Source: Takakia lepidozioides (taxonomy: Eukaryota > Plantae > Bryophyta). From it: DNA of 64,000 nucleotides. This document shows positions 1 through 11,689 of the stretch, piece after piece. The notes under the pieces are model-generated. The model had not been told where the DNA came from, made no database searches, and saw only the letters and a list, made by a program, of their open reading frames with translations. Location: the NCBI GenBank assembly GCA_030704615.1, contig CM060734.1, forward strand, positions 26,722,001-26,786,000. Reading direction: 5' to 3'. The first letter of the stretch is position 1. Each line of letters begins with the position of its first letter. A program made the position numbers and the translations under genes.

Positions 1-286
1 GTTTCCATCTTGTGATTGTCCCGACTTTGATGAGCTATCTGTCAAGAAGAAAAACAAACATATCTACCTTGTAAGCACATGTACTTCATGTACAACGTGC
101 ATCTAGGATGCGCCGGGGCTTATGAGATCCACCAACCTTCCCTTAGCCAGTTAGATGTTAGGGCTATGCTAAAGAAGGACCCTAGTTCAACTTCTTAGTG
201 ACACATGAAATGCACAAAAAAAGAACCTCTAACTTGTGCCGTTCATTTTCATGCATGTGACATGTAATTATCTTGTTACTACTTTA

Positions 287-516
287 TTCCAAACATGACA
301 CATAGCATTTGTTAGTACATAAGTTCCTATTTTGGTTAAAATGGAACTTGTGTACCTGTCATACAAGTTTTCAAATTATAGAACTGCTTGGCATTACAAA
401 CAGACATGCAATGTGGTGGTTCCAAACATGACACATATGCATTTGTTAGTACAAAAGTCCATATTTTGGTTAATATGAAACTGTTTTCCTTGAATACAAG
501 TTTGCAAACTATTACT
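287..516. repeat. Tandem duplication, ~133 bp period, AT-rich
   Basis: ttccaaacatgacacat...gcatttgttagtaca...tacaagttt occurs at 287 and again at 420. Confidence 0.8.
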
Positions 517-1454
517 TTGGCCAGGGATCTTGTATTCTCTTCAGTTTAAGGTGGTGCATTAGTTGGAGTTAGTGGTCACATGCATCTTTGACCATTGACT
601 ACTGATTTTGTTAGCTAAGATTTTATTTATTTATTTATCTATATACATATGATGTATCATTTGCATATGCAATAAATACGTCGTATTCTATGTTATATAA
701 CTCCATTGCATACAATCTACAATGTGTGCATACAAATTTGTCACATGCATATATAATAAGGGATTTTGTGCATGCATGCACGCAACCTGTGCATATGGAA
801 TAGCAACCCCCTAAGGTAGGTAGAGGGATCGGCTGGGATTATATTATTAGGTGCTCTCCGTAGATGGGTGTTCGTAGCAGGGTTATGATTTCATGGTGGC
901 CTGGATGAATGTTGGCCGCCGGTGATTTGGACGCAAAAGTCCATGCGTGATAGAGATGACGGGGTTGGGGGCCGCGGGTATGATTGTACTGGGGTAGGAT
1001 TTTATTTGGGGTAACTACGTGGCGCGCGGAGAGGGGTACCATGCGGGATTTACTCATTGAGTATTTCAGAGTGGGCGATGGGCGGGAATACGTTGGAAGA
1101 GAGACGGGGTGTATTGAGCTTGGGTGTGCAATTGCAGAAGTTGATCGATTGCGCAAAGTGAGGCTTGCGGCCATCGTAGTGGGAGGGGCATGTCATATCT
1201 TGGTGTAGGTGAGATTGAGGACTGCCTGCCCAGGTACTTTGGAAGTCCCAAAAAGACTGAGTTAAAATAGAAGCTGATAGTTGAAATTGAATAGTGAAAG
1301 AAGAGAGTACAAAATCGCAGTGTAATACAGCGAGGGAGAGAAAGATAGTGAGTAGAATGGAGACCACCCAAGCCACGATGTGGTGGCATGCCCTTTGGAT
1401 TGTGACCTTGGTGCGTGCTGTCTCTGCAGGTTTACGCATTGGTCGTGTTGGCAT

Positions 1455-2720
1455 TCATGAGGTGAGCTTCCGTGGCTTGGACGCTGCTGTTGGATAGTTG
1501 CCTGGACCCCTAGGGAGCCCGAAGCGTGGAAGCGGGTGGGGGGACGGTAACTCAAGTAGGGCCAATGGCGGGCGTGCTCTCGTGTGTGCATTTTTGGCAG
1601 CATTGGCAGCAGCTTGACCTGTGACTTGATTGAGCCTGCATGGGGGAGTGGGTAGTTTCTCAAGCACCTTGTTTGCGAAGAAGAGTGCTAAGTTAGCACC
1701 GAGATTCTTGGTAATAGAGTCTTGGAGTGACAAGAGGTAGGTGTGGTGTTCTTCCTGCTGGGCGGCCATGCTAACGGAAACCCTGGTTTCCATAGCCACT
1801 AGATCCTCTTTGATATCCGTTTTGATGGAGATGGCATGAGCGGCCAGGCATTTGTCAATTTCTGCCATTAGTGTATCGTGTCCCTGCTTTTGATTTGAGT
1901 TGAAGCTGATAGATTGTACAATATCGGCAAGTGCTTGATTGATGTTTGCAACTCTCAGTCGCTCGCAAATTTCCGCAGCTGGTGGTATGTGGTTTGAACT
2001 GGATGTACTTGTCAATTACCTTGATGGGTGGTCGATTGCACCATTGCGTGTAGATGTTGGGGTTCTTGCAGGTGATGAGGGCCAGGCCCGTGTGCTTGGT
2101 CTTCTCAGAGCGGGCAATCTTGCCGAAGTGGATTTGAACAATGTTGTCTTTGCCAAAGATGCCATGGAGTGCAGTTTCTGTGGCTGCCTGGGAGTGTAGC
2201 GGATTGAGGTTTTTAGCTACCAATGTGAGGGCGTCGCGTTCCGCGACGATCTCTTGAGGTGTTACAGTGATGCCCGTCATACTGGTTTTACGTGTTCGGA
2301 GCTGTGGCTTGATGAGTGTATGGTTAACTCTCACCCCCTGTACTAGCATCCACTGCTTAGAGTCTTCGGCTGCCAGATAGATGAAACAGAACTTCGTTTC
2401 TGGGGCTGCCTTGTTGATGTTCAGTATCTCGAACTCGTCGCCATGGAAGTAAGTTTTGGTGATGAGGTGGGTAGTCAGCTTGCTCCCAATTGTACCAAGT
2501 AGGGACTCGCTCGCCATATGGAGAGATAGATGGTCAGCGGGGGTGGACAGCTCAAACGCCTTCTCTACTTTGCCACGCAGTGAGGCACCGGAGGCCATTG
2601 CCATCACAAAAGTCCAATTTGCTTGGAGCAATGCCAAGCCATCGATGGATGGTTTGAGCAGTTCAACTTTGAGAATCCCGTTCCAGTATTTGCTGCCATG
2701 TTTGGTGTAAGAGAGAGAGA
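1455..2720 (-). pseudogene. LINE ORF1-like protein, copy 1 (two RRM-like segments plus C-terminal coiled coil), frameshifted
   Basis: ORFs 1855-2637 and 1455-2015 (GKVEKAFEL, FEILNINK..FCFIYLA, LTLVAKNL, ITCKNPNIYTQW, EIDKCLAAHAISIK) align with ORFs at 18248-19051 and 36501-37817; flanked by the same C-rich sense-strand sequence as the LINE ORF2. Confidence 0.7.
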
Positions 2721-2850
2721 GATGACTCCTGTCGAGCGGCTTTTACTCACCCATCCCTTCGCTATCCGAGGTGGAAACTCCAAGATAGAAGAGTTGGATA
2801 TCTCTAAGTACTCCTCCCGCTCAGAACAATCAATCATGACCTACAACTAG

Positions 2851-3611
2851 TGTATCATGGGGTGTTTTCCTATTTGTATTCCTTCTCGCATTCATGCTAG
2901 CAAGTTACCTTACTGTCTATGATTAAGTATCAGATTGCTTCTGCAATCTACCATGTTCCATCTACTCAAGCATTCATTCCACAGCTTCACTCATATCTCT
3001 CTACACCGTGTGAGTATGAAATAGGAATCAGATTTATATCTATCATGTATCAGGCTGAAGCCATGGTGTCTCTATTCTGCCCTACAGTACATCTCTACAG
3101 CTTGCATGTATCAAGCATCATCTCGTCGTATCTCCTCCTCTGTGTAATCTCCATCCCTGTGCTCCAAGATCGTGCTCTCCGCCGTGATGCCCGAAGCGAT
3201 CTTCCAGAAGTGATGTCCAAGAAGTGATCCTCTCCATGTCGCTACTCTGCCTATTCTACCTGCAAGCTATTCTAACCACCTAACTAACTAACTGTCATCC
3301 AAGACAGAACACATGTTCCCTCTGCAGATGTCGTTCCCACACAGTCGTTCCCTATGAACGTTGTGACGGGCTGTGCCAAGCTGTGTCGGGCTGTGACTAA
3401 CTGTGTCACGCTGTGTTAGGCTGTGTCTGATTGGGATAGGCTGGGTCTGACTGTGACAGGCTGTGTCAGGCTGTGACTGTTGACTATGTGAGCCTGTCTG
3501 CCACCCTTAAGGCCTGTGTCTATCAGAGTCTACTACCCGTAGGTCTGCGCAAAATTAAGGGTACCCCACATAACCCGTAAAATTGTCTAAGTCCCAGACA
3601 GCCCTCTAACA
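2851..3611 (-). mobile_element. 3' LTR (761 bp) of minus-strand Ty3/gypsy element
   Basis: Minus strand begins TGTTAG (3611) and ends GATACA (2851); immediately preceded by a polypurine tract. Confidence 0.8.
3361..3490. repeat. 10-bp period tandem array (ctgtg-n5) inside the LTR
   Basis: ctgtgccaag ctgtgtcggg ctgtgactaa ctgtgtcacg ctgtgttagg ... about 12 units. Confidence 0.85.
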
Positions 3612-3628
3612 TTATCCCTCCCCTTCTC
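3612..3628 (-). promoter_or_regulatory. Polypurine tract (PPT)
   Basis: GAGAAGGGGAGGGATAA on the minus strand directly abutting the TG of the LTR. Confidence 0.8.
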
Positions 3629-3708
3629 AAAAAGCCGTGTCATCACGGTTTACTGCTTAGGATCAGCAAACCTTTGTGAACGAGCACCCTTCTGCTGGTG
3701 AGAGTCCC

Positions 3709-6700
3709 TCAAAGGACTCTGTGTGTGAGCCCGAGCCATGTCTTTGGCTGGTGGGGATGACTGTCGACTAGATGGAGCTGACTGCCCTGCCTTAGATTGA
3801 TATGGAGGCAACTTCTTAGGCATAGGAGATCCCCGTCGTTACTTCTCCGCCATTTGTATCGCATAATCCTCAGCCATGTCAAAATTCCCGTCCACAGAAC
3901 CAGTAGTATCCAAATCATCTTCCCCCCGTTGGCCGTACTGTTTCCTGACCTTCTGTGGCTTCTCAGGAAGCTTAACTGGCATACAGTGTATTCGGGCAAG
4001 ATTAGTGTATGCCCGCAGCTCATCATCTATATAGCTGAGTGGGGTGCCAATGACTTTGGAAAAGTGCAGCCACTTTCTGGCTTCATGCCCTTTGGGAAAG
4101 ATGTGGTCAAGGCCCAAGTTCTCCTTGGCCAAGTTCTCCAGAGCGGAAGTAAACCAAGAACGGAGTTGGGGATCCTTTGGAAGCATGATCCTTACATCAT
4201 ACAGATATGTGTGTGGTGGAACTGGAGGTAACGTCCAATGCTCCCCACTGGAATAAGTCTAAAACCGCATCTGCATTTTCTGCTGCTCAATGTGGTAGCG
4301 TGAAATAAAACAAGCAGCATAATACAGCCCACAACCTATGACCAAACTAGGTACCTCCTTGGTCTTGGTGTAGATGAACCCATGAACTATTTGGAAGGCA
4401 ATTAATTCCTTCAGCATGGTTCCCGCCTCTGACCAGTACCGTGCAAAATGGTAATCTTCAATGGGTCGGTCAGTTGGAAGAACTTTAGTCCGAGTTGCCA
4501 CTGGCAACCAAATGCGCATAATGTGGTAATAGTGTGCCAAAGACTCTGGAGGACTGAATTCTTTCCAAGCCAAATCCATAACAATGGGAATTTGGTTGAA
4601 GGGTAGAATCATAGTTCGATTGTATTCAAGTGTAGCAGGTGTAGTAGGTGGGTTAAAAGAAGCATCACCCCAAACCTCAGATAGTGATTGCTGCAGTGCC
4701 ATGGTATCAACACTGTCTACCTGGTGTGGCTGCTGTGATGTTGTTGCCATAGTCCCTCCTGATGTTGGCAAGTCCTGCACTTCCTGCGCTGAAGATTGAA
4801 AAATCAAAGTCCTTGCCCGCAAGTAAGTAGCCATGAGCTGTTCCTCAGGAACAAAGGCCCTTTTCTCAATGTTGAAGCTCAAGTCATCCACTTGAGTCTA
4901 AAGCCCTTCCACATCCTCCTGCAACTCAGCTATCCGACTATAGACATTGACTATAGTGGTTGTGGCAATGTTGTGCACCCGTGGTCTGAGATCATTCATC
5001 TCGTCTTGAGTGAGCTTCCTTGGTGCTTTCCCCTCCACTAGCCTTTGTATTAACCATTCTTTCAAAAGATGATTATCCACCAAGTCTTGTGTAACACCAC
5101 GGAGATCTTGCTCCTCCTTGAGCCTGTATGTTTCCAACTACTGTTGTAAAGTCTCCATGCATTTTGCATGGGGTTCAACCAGAGCTGCATAGGTAGCTGA
5201 CAGATTATTGGCTTCTTTCCAAGCTCTTTCACTCACAGAAAGTTCATTCTCCCGTACTGTGATTGTTTGCTGCAACTCAAATATGTGCTTGTCTTTTTGG
5301 GCATTGACCTGGTGCAACTGCTGAATTGTATCTTCATTGCAACAGAGAGTATCCTTCATGTCAGCAATGAGTTTCCCCTGTTCCATTACCTTTGTCTCCG
5401 CCGTTATACACCACTCAGCTTGCTTCTTGACCTCCATCGCAGCCATCTCCAGATTAGTCGTTAGTGTGGCACACTGTATGCGAACTCTCTGATTGACTGC
5501 TTCCAATTCTTCATGCAACTTGCCTTCATGCTGAACCTGCATCTGGTATAGCTGCTGCTTATGCATTCATGCAACTTCTCCTGCTTTCGCAAGCTATAGG
5601 GCAGCTTTAGTGTCCTCCAATTCTTGCTGCAACTTGAAGTTGGCCTCTACATCCACCTTGTTTGCACACTCAGTGACAATTCTTGCCTCAAGCTCTTGCT
5701 TGAGCTCCTCCCGCAATGCTGCCAACTGAGTGGAAGGAACATGAGTCTTGAAATAGGTGCCCAACAGGTTGAGAGTCCTGCTTATGGAACTCATAACCAT
5801 GGCCTGCTGTGGGTCTTCATGGAAAACCTGCTGTTGTTCTTCCTAATTCTCCACAGTTTGATGTTTCACAAACCAATCAGGCCATGATCCCACAAGATCT
5901 TGTTCCTGAGCAACCTCATCTTCCACAGTTGCTGTAGTACCCTTGCCCTTTACTCATTCAACCTCTATCACAGTTTTGGGCATAACTTGCACAGCAGGGA
6001 TTTCCTTGGGAAGACTCTGTATCTTTGGTACCATGGGGTCTCCGACCATACCGGAGTTTTCATAGAGAAGATCGCCCTTCTCAATTTCTGCCACTACTTG
6101 CTCTGTAGTGGGGATGTCCAATCCCTCCCTCTCCACAATAAGAGGCTCCGGTGTAACAGCAAATCGAGTCTGAGTTACCACTATGTCAACTTGGTCTGCT
6201 TGTTGTGCTGGCCGCGGTATTGAAGTGACTTCTTCCTCCCTTCGGGCTTCCAGCAATAGCAACTCATTGTGCTGCTGCACCCCATCCTCTGCAGGAGCTA
6301 TGGAAACATCGTTGTGAGGGTTCCTTGTGGCAAGTGGATCCGCCATTACAATTGCCTTCCTCTTATGTCTCTTGGACTGGTGCTGCCTCTCTAATCCTCA
6401 TTTACCTTGTGAAGAGCCTTGCTCCTCAACTGCAGTTGTGGCTGCCTCAAATACCCCCATTACCTTGCGTTCTTGCGCATCAAGCAAGCAAGAATCAAAG
6501 ATAATTTGTGCAATAATTGGGCCAGACACAATGATTGAGGACTTGGCAGCAACAGTCTGTAATCGTTTCATCTCCCAGACTACTGTGCATCAACTCTGCC
6601 CAAGCTACATCCTCTCATCTCAAGGCTTTCAAAACCTCCTCCGTAAAAGATCTGCTAAGATACTGTTGGTTCTGTTTCATGGCAAACAAAATGTTTAGTA

Positions 6701-8078
6701 CTTGACCAATTTCCCTCAACCCTGGATACTCGGCTTTGGTGCAAGTGAATCCCTGGTTCCTGAAAAAACTTTGTTTCTTGGAAAAGATCCCCTACTTGCA
6801 ATCTTGCCCTGTGTTCATCCACACTCACATTACCAAATGATAATTCAAAAAGCTGTTGCAAGTACTGCGGAGTAACTTGTATATCTACGCCCTTCACCTG
6901 GGTAACTCCCGTCTTTGGCTCAAAGTTCTTGATGAACTGGATCATCAAATCCCGATGATGCAAAGACCACTCTTTGCGCAACAATCCCTCCAACCGCAAC
7001 TCCTTCAACAGCTGCACTGCCTATGGTGTGGTGATTGTTTGCCTCTGTAAGATCGTCGTGCTCTTCACTCATAGATCCTCCATTTCTCTAATTTGCTTCA
7101 TCCCGGACAAACAAGAAGGTCTTTTTTGGAATAACTGCAGGAAAGCTTGTATTGCGTATAGCATGAAAGTGTGATTAGCACAGAATGGAACAGGCAAGTG
7201 GGTGTAAGCCTGCTGGGCTTGCAAATAGTGAGTGAGAGAGAAAGTACTTTCGACATGTCCTTCCTTGCGCCACTGCGTAAGAAGTAGAGCTAGTATATAG
7301 TCCGTGATATCCGCCATAGCTACAAAGCTATAGCTTTGTTTGCCCCTCCCGTCGAGACACTGGTTATCCGGAATAACACCTATTCTTCCGCTCATAATCT
7401 TCTTAGTTTCTTGTTCTTGTTTCTTGAATGGAGTCTCTTGCACAAAATTCACATTGCTGATTGGCCGTTGCCTCATTAGGTAACTTCTCATTTTTACCCT
7501 AATCTGTTCACATTCCATCTTGGAATGACCACTAGGACTACATATATGGCAAAGTTCCCCTTTACCTGACGCGTAAAGTGTCCCGTTACCTGTCCTCTTG
7601 ATGCATTAATGGGCTCGTACTAAGTTTTGGCTGATGTACCGGGTAGGTACTTTGACGGCCCTGTTTGTCTTCTTGTGTGATGACGCTCGTTATTGCAGTA
7701 CCTGCAATGTGGAGTGCTTTGCGCCTTAGGCCACGTGTTTGAATTCAAACACTCTCCCGTCTCCTGTTGTCCGCATGGCACATTCTCCGAGTTTGACTTC
7801 CAAACTGTCTTTACACTTACCGGCCACTTTACTGATGTTAACCCGTGTCCACTTGTCACGACCCTTATGGAATGTGCAACCTGTGTGGGCTGTGTCGCCT
7901 GTGTTGGGCTGTGACAGGCTGTGACAGACTGTGGTAGGCTGTGATATGTTGTAATAGACTGTGGTGGGCTATGATGGCTATGTGAACACCTGTGTTCTTT
8001 GCTATGGCCATACACATTCGGCTTTATGACAAGTGCTTCATGCTCCGCTGGTGCTACTGGTGTAGTCTGTGACTGCAT
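3709..8078 (-). pseudogene. Additional 3' ORF(s) of the Ty3/gypsy element, between integrase and 3' LTR: CCHC knuckle, plant-transposon-protein-like domain, long coiled coil; fragmented
   Basis: Chain of minus-strand ORFs (7620-8078, 7069-7518, 6655-7017, 5954-6346, 5594-5800, 5138-5566, 4898-5137, 4259-4891, 3839-4186); the more intact paralog at 19346-21412 joins several of them in one frame. Confidence 0.7.
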
Positions 8079-8365
8079 TTAGGTTTCAAGATGCAAATCA
8101 TGCTGCAATGGTCTATCATGGATACCAGTAACCACTGTATCCCTTCAACTTATTGGCATTGACTCTACCAAGCATCTCTTTGTTAATGGTTTGTAACATA
8201 GCTGTGTTGTTATCATACATATATCTTCTGTATGACATAAGGTCTTTTCCATGGTGATTTAAGCTTAGAAGCTTTAATCTTTCATTTCTTCTACAACCAC
8301 AGTACCAAATCACCTGTCTTTAAAGTCTTCAATTTACCTTCATCAAACTGATCCTTCCTCTTCAT

Positions 8366-10555
8366 CTAAATTCCGGCCATGTTATCTGCTGCATCAGCAT
8401 GTACTTCTTCCACATGATATAGTTCATGTTTCCTTACTTTAATTGAATCCTCCAATTCCATTCTCCTTCCCCATTCAGTTCTCATGGTAGGTAATAAGAA
8501 TTCCATTGGAAGTAAAGCTTCCATGCCATAAACTAATTGGAATGGTGTGTACTTGGTGTTGACCTTATATGAAGTCTTGTATGACCACAAAGCTGTCAAC
8601 AGCTTTATATCCCAGTTTGTCATGTTCACATTGACTATCTTAGCCAAGATAGTGCATAGTATTTTGTTGGTGGCCTAGGTTGTACTCTTCCTGTGCACAA
8701 TCATGAACTCCTTAGTCAACAGTTCAATGGTCTCATTAATGAAATGACTTCCCTGGTCACTGATAAATTCCAGGGGACAGCCAAATCTTGTGATAATGTT
8801 CTCATATAGGAACCTTGCTGTGGACTTAGCTGTGTTGTCTCTCAGAGCCTTAGCTTCCACCCATTTTGTGGTATAATCAGTGGTTGTGATTATATACTTG
8901 TTCTGTGTATTCCTGGCTGGTGGATTGATTGGTCCAACAAAATCCAAACCCCATTTCTGGAATGGTTCAGTAGGCATTGTAGGATGCAAAGCCATCTTCA
9001 CAGATCTTTGCAAGGGTCCTAGCATCTGGCACTCATCACAGCTCTTACAATACTTGTGTACATCTTTAAACAAAGTAGGCCACCAGTAACCTGCAAGTAA
9101 TATTTTTCTACTGGTAGCCTGATCTTCTCCAAAATGGCCTCCAGCCACTCCCTTATGAACTTCTTCCAAAACTTTATTTACCTCATGGTGGTACAAGCAT
9201 CGTTTAAGAACTCCATCAGGTCCTAGCTTATACAATCTTCCTCCTATCATAGTGTATGGTAATGCCTCGATATCTTTTTTTTTTCCTCTGCTCCTTTCCA
9301 TAACTGGGTGGGCACTGCCCATGAGTCAAATAATATCTGATTGGCTACTGCCAATCCATCCAGTCATCTGCTCCCTGTACTTCTACTGCAAATAAACTTG
9401 CATCAGGCAGTTGATCGTCTACTCCTGTGGCGGGCTCTCCTGTTGAAAGGCGTGACAAGTGATCTGCCACAAGATGCAAACGTCCAGGTTTGTAAACAAC
9501 TTTGAATTCAAACTCATGCAGTATAATCAGCCATCTTGTTATCCTTCCACTTATCAAAAGGCTTGTTCACCAAATAAATCAGAGCTTGATGATCCACATA
9601 GAACATAAACTTCCTTCCCAACAAATAATGCCTGAACTTCTTGACTTAATAATTCATTGCCAAAGTTTCTCTTTTGGTGGTGCTATAGTTCCTTTCAGCA
9701 CTGTTCAACAGTCTGCTAGCATAATACACAGGTGAATCTATGTTTCTTGTGACATTTTGGGCTAACACAGCCCCCAATGCTTCTCCTGAGGCATCACAGT
9801 GTACATGAAATACCATATGCCAATGAGGGTTAATCAGCACAGGTGTAGTTGTTACTGACAATGTAAGTTCCTCAAAGGCCTGTTGATATTCAACTGTCCA
9901 TGCAAACATTGCATCCTTCTTCAAGAGTTTGCTCAATGGTGCTGCCTTTTGTGCATATCATCTGACAAACCTTCTGTAATAACTGGTTTGTCCAAGGAAC
10001 CTCATTAGAGCCTTAACATTACTTGGTGGTGGTGAGGCTTTAATTCTGGATTCAGCCCAAGACCTCTCATCCTGCATCTGGCCAAACATAACTCCAACTT
10101 CTGTAAGTGCTCATACTTAGAGCTATACACACTGAAGTCATCTAAGAACGCTTGCATGAAATCATGGAAGATTCACTTATCACTCTCTGAAAAGTTGCTG
10201 GTGCATTACAAAGTCCAAAAGGCATGACTTTGTATACATAAGCACCCCAGTCAGTAATGAAAGCTGTCTTTCCCTGATCATCTTCAGCTACTTGTACTTG
10301 GTTATACCCACTGAAGCCATCCATGAATGAGTACTCATGGCCTGCCACAATGTCCAGTACAGCTTCTGTGAATGACAAAGGAAAGGGATATTTCTTTGTA
10401 CAATCATTCAACTTCTTATAGTTCACACAAACTCTCAGTTTGCCATTATTCTTGGGAACTATCACCATGGGTGCCAAGTTGTATACTCTATTGGGTATAT
10501 TAACTTAGCCTCAGCCAGCTTCTTTATCTCCTCTCTAACCTTCTGTGCACCAGCA
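8366..10555 (-). pseudogene. pol: Ty3/gypsy pol remnant (RT - RNase H - integrase), non-chromoviral type
   Basis: RT: KLRVCVNYKKLN, FMDGFSGYNQV, VMPFGLCNAPATFQR; RNase H: HCDAS, YYASRLL, VADHLSR; integrase: HKGVAGGHF..CDECQ, KWGLDFVGP, SDQGSHF; order RT-RH-INT. Confidence 0.95.
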
Positions 10556-10570
10556 TCTGAGCAGCAGCTG

Positions 10571-10720
10571 CTCAGTCACTCCCCCCCCTACCTTCTTTTA
10601 TATTATTTTTCCCTCATCTCTCCCTCTCTCTCCTTCTGTCCCATCAGGATGTGGAGAGAGAGGGAGTGTTGAGGGAAAAAAAAAAAAAAAAAATGAAGGT
10701 GGGGAGGGGGAGTGACTGAG
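10571..10720. repeat. Foldback inverted repeat, ~65-bp imperfect arms
   Basis: ctcagtcactcc..ccttc..tttttccctca..tccctctctctcc pairs with ggagagagaggga..tgagggaaaaa..gaagg..ggagtgactgag. Confidence 0.75.
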
Positions 10721-11272
10721 GCTCCCCCACCTGAAATCTCTCCCTCTCTTTCTCTCTCTCTCCCCTTTTCTCCATGAAATTGAAACTGAAGAACACTTCT
10801 TCTATTGTCCTATATACTATGAGATCTGTGGGGATTCCACTGTCTACTCCATGGAACCCAAACGCTCACTGAAATCTCTCACTATGAAGATCAGAAATGC
10901 ATGGCTGCTTACCTGCAGTTGGGCGCCTCACACAGCAGCTCCTTCACGCTGGCGTTCCGCCACCAGGTCGTGTGGGCGCACTCCCTCGCTCAAACAACCA
11001 AAAAAAATAAAAAAATAAAAAAATAAAAAAATAAAAATGGAGAGAGAGAGCGAGGGAGAGAATGAGGGAGAGAGATAAGGACGAGAGGGAGAGTGAGAGC
11101 TAAGAGGAAGAATGAGAGAGAGAGAAGGAGAGGGATGGCAGCTCCCTCACGCGGCAACTCCTTCACGCTGGCGGTCCCTCCCGCGGCGCTGGCGTTCGGC
11201 TGGCGCTCCACCAGCAAGTCACGGGGCGCGCTCCCCAGCTCGCTCAAACAGCAAAAATAATTAAATAAAAAA

Positions 11273-11279
11273 GATAGAG

Positions 11280-11351
<72 letters not shown>

Positions 11352-11380
11352 GGGAGAGGGAGAGGAGTGAGAGAGGAGGG
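11273..11380. repeat. (GA)n microsatellite
   Basis: Long gagaga run seen directly. Confidence 0.95.
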
Positions 11381-11689
11381 TTGCGCGGGTTTTGAACGTC
11401 GTGGCGCGTCAGTGTTGCGTCACGCCGCCAGAAAACGCTCCGGCGCGCGGGGAGTAGTTGCGCCCGGGAGAGCTCGAGAGCAAAAAATAACGAAGTAGGG
11501 ATGGAGGGAGGGGAGGGAGGAAGAGTGAGGAGGAGGGGAGGAGAGAGAGATCAGATAGAGAGATTGAGAGGGGGAGTGAGAGGCGGTCGGTGCAGCCACG
11601 GCGCGCCAGTGTGCGACCCCACCGGAAAACCTCGGCGGCGATCAGGCGCCTTCGCGAAGGGGAGAGAGAAGGGGGAGGAAGGGCGGTCA

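Noticed and set aside
3709-8078. Envelope (env) gene
   Set aside because: Position fits, but no clear signal peptide or strong transmembrane anchor is visible
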